From IMG/VR virus record IMGVR_UViG_2671180770_000025: a stretch of 41,019 nt of DNA; one strand, 5' to 3'. Each line of letters opens with the position of its first letter. Position 1 is the stretch's first letter. This DNA is from a virus (Duplodnaviria; Heunggongvirae; Uroviricota; Caudoviricetes). Made by a program: the position numbers and the translations under genes. Shown here piece after piece: positions 1-8,618 of this stretch. The notes beneath the pieces are model-generated. The model was given only the letters and a program-made list of their open reading frames with translations, did not search any database and had not been told where the DNA came from.

Positions 1-1164
1 TTACACATCATTAGTACCTTCCTTATTTTTTGACTGGGACAAATTTGGGACCGATGGGTTTAGGATCGAGTCTATTTGCCGTGCGTGTTCGGTAAGGTGA
101 TTAGGTGCAAGGTGAGCATATCGACGAACCATTTCGATAGACTCCCAGCCTCCCATTTCCTGTAACACTGACAACGGGACTCCGGCTTGAACCAGCCAAC
201 TTGCCCAGGTGTGTCTCAAGTCGTGAAATCTGAAATCATCAATACCAGCCCGTCTCAGCGCCGCTTTCCAGGCTGTGTTTGCGTCATACCGCATCTTCCT
301 GACTGTTGGCGCTTTCGTTCCGTCTGGTTTGGTACAGCTTTCCTTGTACACAAATACCCAACGGTGATGATTCCCGATTTGTTTTTTCAATACGCGACAT
401 GCAGTATCATTCAGCGCAACGCCAATTGCGCGGTTTGATTTACTCTCTTCCGGGTTTATCCATGCCACCCGGCGCTGCATATCTATTTGTTGCCATTCAA
501 GGTTGATGATGTTCGAGCGTCTTAGGCCTGTTGCCAGTGCAAATTCAACAACAGACTTTAATGGCTCCGGACATTCATCAATCAGCCTTTGTGCTTCATG
601 GGGCTCCAGCCAGCGGATCCGTTTATTCTTTGGTTGGGGCACTTTAATAATTGGTGCCTTATCCAGCATTTTCCATTCACGCTCTGCGGCTCTTAGTAGG
701 GCCTTTATAAATGAAAGATGCGTAGCCTTCGTTGCAACGGACGCTGGTTTTGGCGTGTATTCTGGAACAGGTTTCCCTTTTTTTCTGCATGCTTCTGCCC
801 TGAGTTTCCAGTTTTCCTCATGACGCCGGTTCGTCATTTTCTGCATTGCTGAATAAATTTTTGATTCAGTAATGTCTCTTAGTTGCATTCCTGCGAAATG
901 TTGAAGCCAGAATCCGATCCGGCTTTTGTCATCGTCCAGTGATTTTTTATGTGCTTTCTCTTCAAGCCACCTGACACACGCTTCCTCGAACGTTATATCA
1001 GGTATTTCACCAAGTTTGCTGACCCGCCATGCTTCAGCCTTTAGCTTGTCATGGAGTTCTGTCGCCTGCCTTTTGTCCTTTGTTCCAAGAGACTGTTTAA
1101 ATCTTTTACCGTTCGGCAATGTGAAACTGGCGTACCATATTTCACCTCTGCGGAAGAGTGACAT
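1..1164 (-). CDS. int: Tyrosine integrase, P22 Int-like (387 aa)
   Basis: C-terminal tyrosine-recombinase motif [39 protein letters not shown]; N-terminus [14 protein letters not shown] resembles P22 Int as recalled; SD GAGGAAAG upstream of ATG at 1164. Confidence 0.9.
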   Translation of the reverse strand: MSLFRRGEIWYASFTLPNGKRFKQSLGTKDKRQATELHDKLKAEAWRVSKLGEIPDITFEEACVRWLEEKAHKKSLDDDKSRIGFWLQHFAGMQLRDITESKIYSAMQKMTNRRHEENWKLRAEACRKKGKPVPEYTPKPASVATKATHLSFIKALLRAAEREWKMLDKAPIIKVPQPKNKRIRWLEPHEAQRLIDECPEPLKSVVEFALATGLRRSNIINLEWQQIDMQRRVAWINPEESKSNRAIGVALNDTACRVLKKQIGNHHRWVFVYKESCTKPDGTKAPTVRKMRYDANTAWKAALRRAGIDDFRFHDLRHTWASWLVQAGVPLSVLQEMGGWESIEMVRRYAHLAPNHLTEHARQIDSILNPSVPNLSQSKNKEGTNDV

Positions 1165-1391
1165 TTTCTTTCCTCTGTTATGCCATCACCCGCGCTCACC
1201 TGGACAGTATGCAGCGGAGACTGAAGAGCCGCAATGCAGGCTTGTCGTGTTGTGAGGTAAGGAGATTTATTCTTAGTGGGATCTTTGCGTGTTGCCTGAA
1301 GACGCCCTGTGCGTATCCAGTTAATGGCAGTCGGTCTGGATATCTTGAGAAAATGACAGGCCTCATCGAGTGTGAGGCTGTATGGCTCCAT
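1041..1391 (-). CDS. xis: Excisionase / AlpA-type DNA-binding protein (116 aa), overlaps int 5' end by 124 nt in another frame
   Basis: N-terminus [31 protein letters not shown] is an Xis/AlpA-like HTH; ATG at 1391 overlaps the stop of the upstream gene (TAATG); size matches P22 Xis (116 aa). Confidence 0.6.
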   Translation of the reverse strand: MEPYSLTLDEACHFLKISRPTAINWIRTGRLQATRKDPTKNKSPYLTTRQACIAALQSPLHTVQVSAGDGITEERKCHSSAEVKYGTPVSHCRTVKDLNSLLEQRTKGRRQNSMTS

Positions 1392-1696
1392 TATTTCACC
1401 TCTTGCTGTGACATTGTTGAAAAATGGATACCAGCTCGTTGCTGCCAGACGATCCAACCGAGAGTCATATCCCATGCCATGTATTCGTTATCGCCGTTTT
1501 TTGCTCTCCGACGATCTACTAAGTCACCGAAACGCTTTTCCATGAATAATTCATAAGCTTCGCGTTCATCTGGTTCTACTTCCAGAGATAGGAGTGCGAT
1601 TTCATAAGCACGGCGCTCAATATCGTCTCGCACGTCAAGGCTGCTGATACGCTCTTTAATTTCTTTAATCAGTTCTTTGTCGGTAAAAGTGGTCAT
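1391..1696 (-). CDS. yfdT: Early-left hypothetical protein, 101 aa (YfdT-like by size and position)
   Basis: ORF coupled to neighbours (start overlaps the upstream stop); length and order match the CPS-53 yfdPQRST block; sequence family not independently recognised. Confidence 0.45.
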   Translation of the reverse strand: MTTFTDKELIKEIKERISSLDVRDDIERRAYEIALLSLEVEPDEREAYELFMEKRFGDLVDRRRAKNGDNEYMAWDMTLGWIVWQQRAGIHFSTMSQQEVK

Positions 1697-2058
1697 TATG
1701 CTCCAGCCTCCGGTGCTTTTGGCATTACTGCCCAGTGAGTGATATTGACGTTTTCAAGGTCCCCGACCTGAAATGTCCACTGCCATTCTCCGGTTTCTTT
1801 TTGTCCCCAGGTGTACCAGAGAGAACGCCAGCCAATTAGCCAGCCTTCTCCGTTAGCATCGAATAACAAAACACTTTCATTTGCTGGTGGCAGTTCAGTT
1901 GACACTGGTATTACTTTGTTTTCCTGTGCTGCACATTTAGCTTCAAGCGCATCGAATTTACGCACTAGGTATTCAGCATCTGTTTCATTTACTTTCAGAT
2001 CTCGCGGTACACATCTCCCACGAAGAAACCCTTCCATTTCGAAAACATTCATGCGCAT
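1696..2058 (-). CDS. yfdS: Early-left hypothetical protein, 120 aa (YfdS-like by size and position)
   Basis: ORF in the leftward operon, overlapping neighbours; length and order match CPS-53 yfdS. Confidence 0.45.
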   Translation of the reverse strand: MRMNVFEMEGFLRGRCVPRDLKVNETDAEYLVRKFDALEAKCAAQENKVIPVSTELPPANESVLLFDANGEGWLIGWRSLWYTWGQKETGEWQWTFQVGDLENVNITHWAVMPKAPEAGA

Positions 2059-2585
2059 TTGCGTAACTCCGATAACTCGTTAAAGCGTTCCATAAACATC
2101 CCGTAGGCATGGCCCGGTGCCAGTGGAATCACGTTGAACATCTCTGTTGCCGGGATACCTTCCAGTACAGGCCAGAAAGAGCCATCATCAAGCCCGAGAT
2201 CGCGGCGTTCGGTTGCCAGCATGATGAGATCGGCATATTTCACGGGCGTACTCATAACTGGGGGTAACCCGTATTTCTCACGGATTACGGCGTCGATTTT
2301 TTCTTCCATTTGTTTATAGTCAGGAAGAAGGCGTTTCAGTGGTGCGGGAATGTCCTGGCAATACGCTTCTGTTGCATCATGCATTAACGCTTCAAAAGCA
2401 AATTCCTGCGGCACCAGCTGGCTGCAAAGAACCGCATGTTGGGCGACGCTGTAGAAGTGCGAAAGATGACCGGCAAAGCGACAGATATTTGAAAGGGAAA
2501 CCGCGATATCGTTAATATCGATGTCGTCTTTATTTATCCTGTCATAATAAAAATGCTTCCCGGAAAAAGTTTTAATAAATGACAT
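2049..2585 (-). CDS. yfdR: HD-domain phosphohydrolase (5'-deoxynucleotidase-like), 178 aa
   Basis: H..HD metal-binding signature (LSHFYSVAQHAV ... ALMHDATEAY); start at ATG 2585 (MSFIKTF) with SD GGAGAA; length matches YfdR. Confidence 0.65.
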   Translation of the reverse strand: MSFIKTFSGKHFYYDRINKDDIDINDIAVSLSNICRFAGHLSHFYSVAQHAVLCSQLVPQEFAFEALMHDATEAYCQDIPAPLKRLLPDYKQMEEKIDAVIREKYGLPPVMSTPVKYADLIMLATERRDLGLDDGSFWPVLEGIPATEMFNVIPLAPGHAYGMFMERFNELSELRKCA

Positions 2586-2712
2586 TTTGTTCTCCACGTA
2601 TATGCGCTGCACCGCGCTGAATTCTGGTAAAAAGAATCCCTCACCATCCGGCGATTATTGAGTAAATTACGTTTCCATAAATGCCCCCGCAGGGGCATTT
2701 GCAGTAATGAAA

Positions 2713-3537
2713 TCAGGCGGTGAAAGTACCAATAAAGGTTTCTACTTTGCTGTCCTTGAATTTCTCAACAAGCAGATCACGAAATTCGTTAGCCATTTCT
2801 TCCTGCACCGCCTCCAGCTGAATAATGCGCAGAACCAGTACAGGACGATCGCCAGTGATAATACTGAGGCGTAATTTAAACGGACGTTCTTTCAGACCTT
2901 CAAACGGAACGCATTTAAATTCAAATGCCACTGGCATAATGTCTTTGGTCTTCGCTTCGACAGACTCCATCAGGGAGCGTTTGCCGCTGAAGTCATTATC
3001 TTCAAAATCAGCGGTCTGGTTTGCTTCAATCGTGATTTTACGGACAGCCGCAGCCGCTTTTGTTGCCTGAATAGCGTCACCATTAGCATCAAAGCCCACA
3101 AGATAGTCGGCCCAGTCTTCAATCCATTCTGCTAGTGACTTCTGGGAGTTACGCTCGCCGTTAACAGACAACAGAGCAGAGAACGGTGCTGTCTTTTTCA
3201 GTTTGAGTGTGGCGGTGTTATCTGCGTGACCTGGTTCATCAATAGTACCCAGGTTAAGCACACTGACGGCACGCATATTATCAGCATCGATAAAGCAGCG
3301 GGTGCCTTCATCTGCAAGATCTTTAGAATAACGGGTAAAGTCATCGATGCTGGCAGTGGAAAGCGCACCACGGAAACGGAAGCGATTTAAATTAAATTTT
3401 TCCAGATCATGAATGCGGAAATTCTCAGGCAATGCCACAGCATCGGCACCAATCTTACTGATAATTTCATTAACACCCTGAGCAGAAATAAGGGCATGGA
3501 TTTGATTAATTGCGGTTGCGTCTAAGTTCTGAGACAT
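2713..3537 (-). CDS. yfdQ: DUF2303-family prophage protein (YfdQ-like), 274 aa
   Basis: 274-aa ORF; length and position match CPS-53 YfdQ; DUF2303 assignment from recall. Confidence 0.55.
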   Translation of the reverse strand: MSQNLDATAINQIHALISAQGVNEIISKIGADAVALPENFRIHDLEKFNLNRFRFRGALSTASIDDFTRYSKDLADEGTRCFIDADNMRAVSVLNLGTIDEPGHADNTATLKLKKTAPFSALLSVNGERNSQKSLAEWIEDWADYLVGFDANGDAIQATKAAAAVRKITIEANQTADFEDNDFSGKRSLMESVEAKTKDIMPVAFEFKCVPFEGLKERPFKLRLSIITGDRPVLVLRIIQLEAVQEEMANEFRDLLVEKFKDSKVETFIGTFTA

Positions 3538-3602
3538 AATAAGTCCTCACTATATAAAGATATTCAGTGATGAGATAAATAATCAGTTAATTAAAAACGA
3601 TA

Positions 3603-3965
3603 TTAACGACCTGCTGCGCGGAGTTTTCCGTCAGGTTCACCGGCAAGAGTCAGTAACTGTCCCTGGTCTTCCTGCAGAATAGTCAGGCGACCACCGCGAT
3701 TGACATACATCGGCGTTTCGGTGGTGTCTTCTTCGGAAATTTTCCCGCGGTTAGTCGGGCGAACATATGAGAGTTTGTGTTTGATTTTCACTCGGTTCTC
3801 ATCAAACGGTTCGATTTCCAGGTTGAGCGAGACCTTACCTTTGGTTTTCGTGTTCATCACACCGGAAGCGACTTCACTGAGAACTGCGCCGATTTTGGTT
3901 TCAAATACGCCGCCGTCCAGCTCCCCGATAAATGCCTGCACATCAGTACTGCGTTCGCTAGCCAT
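3603..3965 (-). CDS. yfdP: Early-left hypothetical protein, 120 aa (YfdP-like by size and position)
   Basis: Real start placed at internal ATG 3965 (MASERSTDVQ); the track ORF N-terminal extension runs through GC-rich non-coding sequence. Confidence 0.45.
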   Translation of the reverse strand: MASERSTDVQAFIGELDGGVFETKIGAVLSEVASGVMNTKTKGKVSLNLEIEPFDENRVKIKHKLSYVRPTNRGKISEEDTTETPMYVNRGGRLTILQEDQGQLLTLAGEPDGKLRAAGR

Positions 3966-4433
3966 TTTGCTGCTCCTCATCATATCGACCCTGCAAGGTC
4001 GGTTAGTTTCTCCACAAAACAGAGAAGAACACCTGCGGTGACTGCCGCCCGGATGGATTGGGTTATGAGCCCGTCGTCCGGTGATGCTCTTCTCTGTTTT
4101 GTAAAAAGGACGGTACCAGCCGGAAGCAAGGGTACAAGCTGGTACCGCCAAGACTACACACAGCATAAAGTTGTGGTGCCGGGTGCCTCCCGGTGCCTGG
4201 CGAAGGTTGCACACCAGGCGGGTGGGTATCCACAGAAGGTCGACTGTCAGCCTCAACCTTAACCCGCGTGCGCTGAGCCGCATTCACCACAACGCTAAGG
4301 ATTCTCTCTGGTTGAAAATACTTAGCTGTTATGTGCCTGCTTTTAGCCACATCAGGCGAGGTGGACCTAGTTATTCCCCAACAACAAGGATTCGGTTAAT
4401 CTGGTTATCCCCAACAACGCAAAAGGAAAAGAA

Positions 4434-4868
4434 ATGTCCGGTAATATCTATACGCTGTACAAATCCCACTGTGAAAATGTTGGAAAGTATCGGGGCATTG
4501 AAATCAGTGGGGTAGTGTCATCAGTCGAAATAAGCAAAGTTGAATCAAGGGCAACATTACTTACTCTTTTGGACCTTGTCTTACATGAGCACCGGAAGAA
4601 ATTCGGCACTCCCTATAATCAGTTGAATGGGAAAAAGGCTCTGGTTCACCTTATTCTGATGAAGCATCACTGGATGCCAAAACAGATTAATGAGATGAAA
4701 TTTGATGAACTTCTTCTTTCAATTCAGGATGAACTCACACTTGATAAAATAAGCGTAACCGCCCAGAAATTTTTAGATTATCGAGACTGGAGATCACAAA
4801 TTCATCACTTTGATGATTTTGACGAAAATGAATGGGATCCTAATTTGTCTGCACAATATCTAAAGTAA
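4434..4868 (+). CDS. Hypothetical 144-aa protein, AT-rich moron on the strand opposite the PL operon
   Basis: SD AAGGAA 8 nt upstream of ATG 4434; AT-rich versus flanks; direct repeats upstream; no recognisable domain. Confidence 0.5.
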   Translation: MSGNIYTLYKSHCENVGKYRGIEISGVVSSVEISKVESRATLLTLLDLVLHEHRKKFGTPYNQLNGKKALVHLILMKHHWMPKQINEMKFDELLLSIQDELTLDKISVTAQKFLDYRDWRSQIHHFDDFDENEWDPNLSAQYLK

Positions 4869-5046
4869 CATCCTGTGATAAAACCGTGATTTCCTGATCC
4901 AGTTTTTTTAAGGAGTCTATTGTTTCCTGTCGATAAGACAGCACTTCACGAAGCTGGTTTATAGCTGCCAGCTTCTTTGTCATCCACTCATAAATTTCCT
5001 CATCTGTGTAGCCAGGCGCGACGATTTTGGGTTCTGTTTTGTGCAT
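4840..5046 (-). CDS. Hypothetical 68-aa protein, first gene downstream of PL (N position but not N-like)
   Basis: ATG at 5046 with strong SD GAGGAG 8 nt upstream; no Arg-rich motif; 3' end overlaps the convergent gene 4434..4868 by 29 nt. Confidence 0.5.
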   Translation of the reverse strand: MHKTEPKIVAPGYTDEEIYEWMTKKLAAINQLREVLSYRQETIDSLKKLDQEITVLSQDVTLDIVQTN

Positions 5047-5105
5047 TTCACATCTCCTCAAGTTATCAGTTACTTGTTGATGGGGACCAGATTGTTAAAG
5101 AGCTA

Positions 5106-5128
5106 AGCGTCCTGTAGGGCGCTTTTTT
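5106..5128 (+). terminator. Intrinsic terminator on the plus strand (7-bp stem, tgta loop, T6)
   Basis: agcgtcc-tgta-gggcgct followed by tttttt. Confidence 0.5.
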
Positions 5129-5204
5129 GTTGCTAACGAATCATCCTGGACTTCATATGCCCCAGGCGGCTACTTCGTGGGCGTCCTGCCTGTTCGTTGT
5201 TTCT

Positions 5205-5241
5205 CTTGGGTACATTATGTATCTCAAAGGTACATTGTCAA
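5205..5241 (-). promoter_or_regulatory. PL-like leftward promoter with overlapping operator half-sites
   Basis: Minus strand reads TTGACA, 17-nt spacer, ATAATG; GGTACA half-sites at 5209..5214 and 5229..5234 match the OR palindrome half-site. Confidence 0.55.
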
Positions 5242-5244
5242 GTA

Positions 5245-5268
5245 TAAAAAAACCTGCCGAAGCAGGTT
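5245..5268 (-). terminator. Intrinsic terminator downstream of the cI stop
   Basis: Perfect 7-bp stem aacctgc/gcaggtt with 4-nt loop, followed by a U-run on the minus strand (A6 at 5245..5250 on plus). Confidence 0.6.
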
Positions 5269-5280
5269 CATAAACATTGA

Positions 5281-5955
5281 TTAGGCTTTGATTTTGTATC
5301 TTCTTGGTTTTCCTGAGAAAATCACTGTACCAATTATAGAGCAATTACCGTTGATCTTAATGTAAGGCTCAGGCCAGTTTGGGTTTAACGCTTTGAGATA
5401 ACGCTGTGTCCCATCTTCTATTAACCTTTTGAAGGTGGTTTCACCTGTATCGTGCATCAATGCAATAACGTCGTCACCGTGGCAGGCAGGTACTTCAGGA
5501 TCGACAAAAATCATGTCTCCCGGGCGGTACTCATCAATCATTGAATCACCTATCACCCGCAAGATATAAGTCATTTCCCCACAGGGTACAGGGCAGGGAT
5601 ACGTTTCTGCTGTGCTCAAATCAACCTCAGAATATCCAACTTCTTTCCATGCTCCGGCCTGTACCCATGATATGACAGGGACTAATGTGATTTGTTTATT
5701 AGTGATTGAAACATCAGGTTTTTTTGTGATGTTCGTTGTCTGGTGTTCTTGATCGAGCCATCCGACAGGTAGGTCGAAACATTTTTCGATGTGTCGTGCC
5801 ATGCTGTCACCGATATTTTTAGTAGCACCATCTCCCATAAACCTGCTGGTCTGGGTTGGCTCGCGATCAATCATAGTGGCAAAGGAAGAATTCCCGCCAA
5901 CACCATCTCTCAGTTTTCTGGCGTTAGACCGCCGGATGTCATGGATTGTTTTCAT
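5281..5955 (-). CDS. cI: CI-type prophage repressor with C-terminal S24 (LexA-like) autopeptidase domain
   Basis: C-terminal S24 signature (VIGDSM, TFKRL; LKALNPNWPEPYIKINGNCSIIG resembles the P22 C2 / lambda CI C-terminus); divergent from cro across an operator palindrome. Confidence 0.8.
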   Translation of the reverse strand: MKTIHDIRRSNARKLRDGVGGNSSFATMIDREPTQTSRFMGDGATKNIGDSMARHIEKCFDLPVGWLDQEHQTTNITKKPDVSITNKQITLVPVISWVQAGAWKEVGYSEVDLSTAETYPCPVPCGEMTYILRVIGDSMIDEYRPGDMIFVDPEVPACHGDDVIALMHDTGETTFKRLIEDGTQRYLKALNPNWPEPYIKINGNCSIIGTVIFSGKPRRYKIKA

Positions 5956-5970
5956 AACGAAATTAAAACC

Positions 5971-6042
5971 CTTGTACCGTTAAGGTACAAGTATCTTGAA
6001 GGTTCATTTCAATCATGTAATATGTGCACCGGAGGTACATAT
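5971..6042. promoter_or_regulatory. OR region: operator palindromes plus PR promoter
   Basis: Perfect 21-bp palindrome cttgtacc-gttaa-ggtacaag (5971..5991); second imperfect site tgtgcacc-gga-ggtacat (6022..6042); PR -35 TTGAAG (5996..6001), 16-nt spacer, -10 TAATAT (6018..6023); cro SD GGAGGT. Confidence 0.65.
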
Positions 6043-6045
6043 TGT

Positions 6046-6246
6046 ATGAAAGCGTATTGGGACTCTTTAACCAAAGAACAGCAGGGCGAGTTGGCCGGAA
6101 AAGTTGGCTCAACACCTGGCTACTTACGGCTGGTTTTCAATGGCTATAAAAAAGCCAGTTTTGTGCTGGCTAAAAAACTTGAGCAATGCACGTCAGGTGC
6201 AATTACGAAATCTGACTTAAGACCGGATATCTATCCGAAAGATTAG
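6046..6246 (+). CDS. cro: Cro-like HTH regulator (66 aa)
   Basis: Small basic HTH protein immediately right of OR, divergent from cI; SD GGAGGT 9 nt upstream. Confidence 0.7.
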   Translation: MKAYWDSLTKEQQGELAGKVGSTPGYLRLVFNGYKKASFVLAKKLEQCTSGAITKSDLRPDIYPKD

Positions 6247-6277
6247 CAGAACACTTTCAATTTTTAACCACAGAACG

Positions 6278-6841
6278 ATGAGGCTAATCGTGGGTAAGCA
6301 TCACTGGAAAATAGAAAAACAGCCTGAGTGGTACGTGAAAGCTGTCAGAAAAACTATCGCAAAGTTGCCGGGTGGTTACGCTGAAGCAGCTGACTGGCTG
6401 GATGTAACAGAGAACGCATTATTTAACCGCCTTCGTGCCGATGGCGATCAGATTTTCCCGCTGGGATGGGCAATGATTTTGCAACGTGCTGGTGGAACTC
6501 ACTTCATTGCTGACGCTGTGGCGCAGTCTGCAAATGGCGTCTTTGTGTCTCTTCCTGACGTCGAGGATGTGGACAACGCCGATATTAACCAGCGCCTGCT
6601 GGAAGTCATTGAACAGATCGGCAGTTATTCAAAACAGATTCGTTCAGCAATTGAAGACGGTGTAGTGGAACCGCATGAGAAGACAGCAATTAACGACGAG
6701 CTGTACCTCTCAATTTCGAAGCTGCAGGAGCATGCAGCACTGGTCTACAAAATTTTTTGCATTTCAGAAAGTAATGACGCCCGCGAGTGTGCAGCTCCGG
6801 GCGCCGTGGCGTGTCGTGACTGTGGAGAAACTAACGCATGA
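6278..6841 (+). CDS. Regulatory protein in the CII position (possibly YdaT-like), 187 aa
   Basis: Position directly after cro; family assignment uncertain. Confidence 0.35.
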   Translation: MRLIVGKHHWKIEKQPEWYVKAVRKTIAKLPGGYAEAADWLDVTENALFNRLRADGDQIFPLGWAMILQRAGGTHFIADAVAQSANGVFVSLPDVEDVDNADINQRLLEVIEQIGSYSKQIRSAIEDGVVEPHEKTAINDELYLSISKLQEHAALVYKIFCISESNDARECAAPGAVACRDCGETNA

Positions 6842-7176
6842 ACAGTTTAACAACACACTACCGTCGCTCGCAACTGATTGCGCTTCCTGTACCGGGTGGA
6901 AAAGCGAAGGTGGAGTATTGCTATGCAGTAAATGTACCAGGTGACAGGGAAATTGTAACCCACAGCTTTGCAGAGTGGGCTGTGGGTGATTTCAACCGGC
7001 AGAAGGAGACAGTCCTTTGCGACAAGTTAACCGCTGGTTCAAAGATCACTACGGAGTGCCCGTCAGAGTCATTCGTTGGGAGCCGGAAACACAACGGGTT
7101 ATCTACCTCCGCGAAGGTTATGAGCATGAGTGCTTCAGCCCGCTCGAACAGTTTCGTCGTAAATTCAGGGAAATAG
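6838..7176 (+). CDS. Hypothetical protein (112 aa); reading frame uncertain
   Basis: ATG overlaps the upstream stop (ATGA) and the ORF ends 9 nt before the replication gene; an alternative open frame (TTG 7017 to TAA 7196) also reads as plausible protein. Confidence 0.3.
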   Translation: MNSLTTHYRRSQLIALPVPGGKAKVEYCYAVNVPGDREIVTHSFAEWAVGDFNRQKETVLCDKLTAGSKITTECPSESFVGSRKHNGLSTSAKVMSMSASARSNSFVVNSGK

Positions 7177-7185
7177 AGGTCGGTC

Positions 7186-8127
7186 ATGAGCACTAAATTA
7201 ACCGGCTATGTATGGGATGGTTGCGCTGCATCAGGCATGAAATTATCCAGCGTGGCAATTATGGCCCGCCTGGCTGATTTCAGTAATGACGAAGGTGTGT
7301 GCTGGCCATCAATTGAAACCATTGCCCGCCAGATTGGCGCGGGAATGAGTACCGTCAGAACGGCTATCGCACGGCTGGAAGCAGAAGGCTGGTTAACGCG
7401 TAAGGCGCGTCGCCAGGGTAACCGCAATGCGTCGAATGTTTATCAGCTTAACGTTGCGAAGCTTCAGGCAGCGGCATTTTCTCAACTGTCAGATTCTGAC
7501 CCGTCAAAATCTGACGCATCAAAATCTGACCCGTCAAAATTTGATGCGTCGAAATCTGGCAAAAAAGCGGGTTTTCACCCGTCAGAATCTGGCGGGGATC
7601 CGTCAGTAAAATCAAAACATGATCCGTCAGATAAAAAACCTTCTCGTCCGGACGCTTCGCAACCGGACACGCAGACGGATGAACAGGATTTTTTAACTCG
7701 CCATCCTGATGCGGTTGTATTCAGCCCTAAAAAGCGCCAGTGGGGAACGCAGGATGATTTGACCTGCGCACAGTGGCTCTGGAAAAAAATCATCGCCCTG
7801 TACGAGCAAGCCGCCGAATGTGACGGCGAGGTGGTTCGTCCCAAAGAACCGAACTGGACAGCCTGGGCAAACGAAATTCGCCTGATGTGTGTGCAGGATG
7901 GTCGTACTCACAAACAAATCTGCGAGATGTACAGCCGCGTCAGCCGCGATCCGTTCTGGTGCCGTAACGTGCTCAGCCCGTCGAAGTTGCGGGAAAAATG
8001 GGATGAGCTTTCCCTGCGCTTATCACCGTCCGTTAGCACGTACACCGAAAAACGCGAAGACCCGTACTTCAAATCCAGTTACGACAACGTGGACTACAGC
8101 CAGATCCCGGCAGGATTCAGGGGGTGA
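7186..8127 (+). CDS. Replication initiator (O-like): N-terminal winged-helix domain, C-terminal DnaT-like domain, ori iterons embedded
   Basis: N-terminal wHTH (SIETIARQIGAGMSTVRTAIARLEAEGWL); internal repeat peptide SDSDPSKSDASKSDPSKFDASKSG encoded by tandem DNA iterons; C-terminal W/KLREKWDEL region. Confidence 0.6.
   Translation: MSTKLTGYVWDGCAASGMKLSSVAIMARLADFSNDEGVCWPSIETIARQIGAGMSTVRTAIARLEAEGWLTRKARRQGNRNASNVYQLNVAKLQAAAFSQLSDSDPSKSDASKSDPSKFDASKSGKKAGFHPSESGGDPSVKSKHDPSDKKPSRPDASQPDTQTDEQDFLTRHPDAVVFSPKKRQWGTQDDLTCAQWLWKKIIALYEQAAECDGEVVRPKEPNWTAWANEIRLMCVQDGRTHKQICEMYSRVSRDPFWCRNVLSPSKLREKWDELSLRLSPSVSTYTEKREDPYFKSSYDNVDYSQIPAGFRG
7487..7640. repeat. Candidate origin of replication: five tandem 14-15-bp iterons, then degenerate copies and an A-rich tract
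   Basis: tgtcagattctgac / ccgtcaaaatctgac / gcatcaaaatctgac / ccgtcaaaatttgat / gcgtcgaaatctggc, then ccgtcagaatctgg, ccgtcagtaaaatc, ccgtcagataaaaaa. Confidence 0.6.
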
Positions 8128-8129
8128 TC

Positions 8130-8618
8130 ATGAGTCTTTTGAATGACGTTCAGAAATTCATTGAAGCCCATCCGGGGTGTACTTCCGGAGACATTGCGGA
8201 TGCTTTTGCAGGTTACTCACGACAGCGCGTTCTGCAGTCAGCAAGCAAGTTACGTCAGAGTGGGCGTGTGGCTCACCGTTGTGAAGGGGATACACGCAGA
8301 CATTTCCCGCGGCTGACTGAGATACCGCAGGAGCCGGAACCGCAACCAGTTCGTGAATCCAGACCTGTGCGCAATTTCTATGTCGGCACTAACGATCCCC
8401 GGGTGATTTTGTGCCTGACCCGCCAGGCGGAAGAACTGGAGTCCAGGGGCTTATACCGTCGTGCTGCAACGGTGTGGATGGCGGCATTCCGTGAAAGCCA
8501 CTCCCAGCAAGAGCGAAACAATTTTCTTGCGCGTCGTGAACGGTGTTTACGGAAAAGCAGTAAGCAGGCTGCATCAGGTGAAGAGTGGTATCTCTCAGGG
8601 AATTACGTGGGGGCTTAA
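8130..8618 (+). CDS. Hypothetical regulator, possibly PerC-family
   Basis: C-terminal LESRGLYRRAATVWMAAFRESHSQQERNNFLARRERC resembles the PerC conserved region as recalled; N-terminal winged-helix-like segment. Confidence 0.35.
   Translation: MSLLNDVQKFIEAHPGCTSGDIADAFAGYSRQRVLQSASKLRQSGRVAHRCEGDTRRHFPRLTEIPQEPEPQPVRESRPVRNFYVGTNDPRVILCLTRQAEELESRGLYRRAATVWMAAFRESHSQQERNNFLARRERCLRKSSKQAASGEEWYLSGNYVGA

Noticed and set aside
2679-2700. Hairpin aaatgcccc-gcag-ggggcattt as an intrinsic terminator
   Set aside because: Perfect 9-bp stem but no U-run on either strand; may be an RNA processing or stability element, not called.
3603-4283. 226-aa ORF as given in the track
   Set aside because: The N-terminal 106 codons run through GC-rich non-coding sequence with no RBS; the plausible gene starts at ATG 3965 (120 aa).
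3700-4515. Several overlapping ORFs (3700..4041, 3777..4262, 4063..4350, 4171..4515)
   Set aside because: Mutually overlapping in a GC-rich structured region, no SD sequences, Arg/Pro/Ser-rich translations typical of non-coding GC-rich DNA.
4840-5061. The 68-aa PL-proximal gene as an N-like antiterminator
   Set aside because: No arginine-rich motif and acidic coiled-coil-like composition; left as hypothetical.
6675-6944. 89-aa ORF overlapping the 3' end of the CII-position gene
   Set aside because: Almost entirely inside a better-supported gene in another frame, with no independent start signals.
7427-7609. Possible CRISPR-like or tandem-repeat ORF across the 15-bp iterons
   Set aside because: The repeats are contiguous iterons without unique spacers and lie inside the replication initiator gene; interpreted as ori.
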